Shown here: positions 36,781 through 37,231 of the stretch, piece by piece | Layout: the number at the start of each line of letters is the position of its first letter | Position numbering within the stretch: position 1 is the first letter of the stretch | Source: Streblomastix strix | Lineage: Eukaryota | Length of the DNA: 37,231 nucleotides | NCBI GenBank assembly: GCA_008636045.1 | Contig: SNRW01000037.1 | Coordinates: 1-37,231, forward strand | Reading direction: 5' to 3' | The notes under the pieces: generated by a model | What the model was told of the DNA's origin: nothing | The model's input: only the letters and a program-made list of their open reading frames with translations | The model's database searches: none | Translations under genes and position numbers: made by a program

Positions 36781-36995
36781 GATAATAAATCTAAAAAAAA
36801 TAAATAAAATTATTTAAAGAAAACAAGTAAATCAAGATTTTTAATATTTAAGAGAGAAACGTGAATAATTTTGTTTTATTTGTTTAGTTTACAGCTCAAT
36901 AAATATCAATAAGTATAATAAAAACCTAAATTAAAAATAAAAACCTAAATTAAAGGATAAAAACGAGTTTGTAATATTTTTTTCAAAAATATTAG

Positions 36996-37075
36996 AATTC
37001 AGAGCCAAAGCTATTTTATTGTTACTATTTTGCGCATACATTATAATTTCGTTTAAATTATCTGGGGATACAACG
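36996..37075 (+). repeat. Second copy of the intergenic repeat at 25290-25369
   Basis: AATTCAGAGCCAAA.CTATT...CATACATTATA...TTATC..GGGA is shared without gaps. Confidence 0.7.
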
Positions 37076-37231
37076 CAAAACTCTATATAACTGAAACTTA
37101 TGTTTAACCATGGCAAATTGAGCCAGATTCCGTGTCTACCAATGTCTACAAAATAACCCCAGCTCATTCGTAAATAAATCGATCGAAGTACAAAATGGAA
37201 CTCGAACATACTTGTAAAGAGTTGAACGGCT

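Noticed and set aside
36931..37231. 92-aa minus-strand ORF at the window end, and an alternative open plus frame
   Set aside because: It ends on TAA, which is Gln in this code, overlaps the non-coding repeat and has no recognisable motif. It cannot be supported without flanking sequence.

Overview
AT-rich, intron-rich protist nuclear DNA in which TAA/TAG encode Gln and TGA is the stop, so the standard-code ORF track misses or fragments nearly every real gene. The code and gene content fit an oxymonad such as Streblomastix (inference). Bases 1-14.7 kb are decayed endogenous Polinton/Maverick-like virus sequence, probably two related elements joined at a 430-bp fold-back. They carry a protein-primed PolB (vOTU-like and HNH domains, 3'-truncated), two copies of an AEP primase-like gene, a Prim-Pol/SF3 primase-helicase, a putative major capsid gene, an amphipathic-helix protein and a repeat-rich fibre gene. 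Four copies of an iteron-like ~100-bp motif bracket single genes as inverted pairs. A pogo-type transposase pseudogene follows at 15.0-16.4 kb, then degenerate AT-rich DNA. The host genes are RPS28, a ~1600-aa low-complexity protein, a ~26-exon Kelch/PSI membrane protein, ARP6 and ITPK1. The top leads are the inverted iteron-like cassettes in the virus and two in-frame TGA codons in an otherwise intact ARP6. All translations and alignments were done by eye; pseudogene and element boundaries are approximate.
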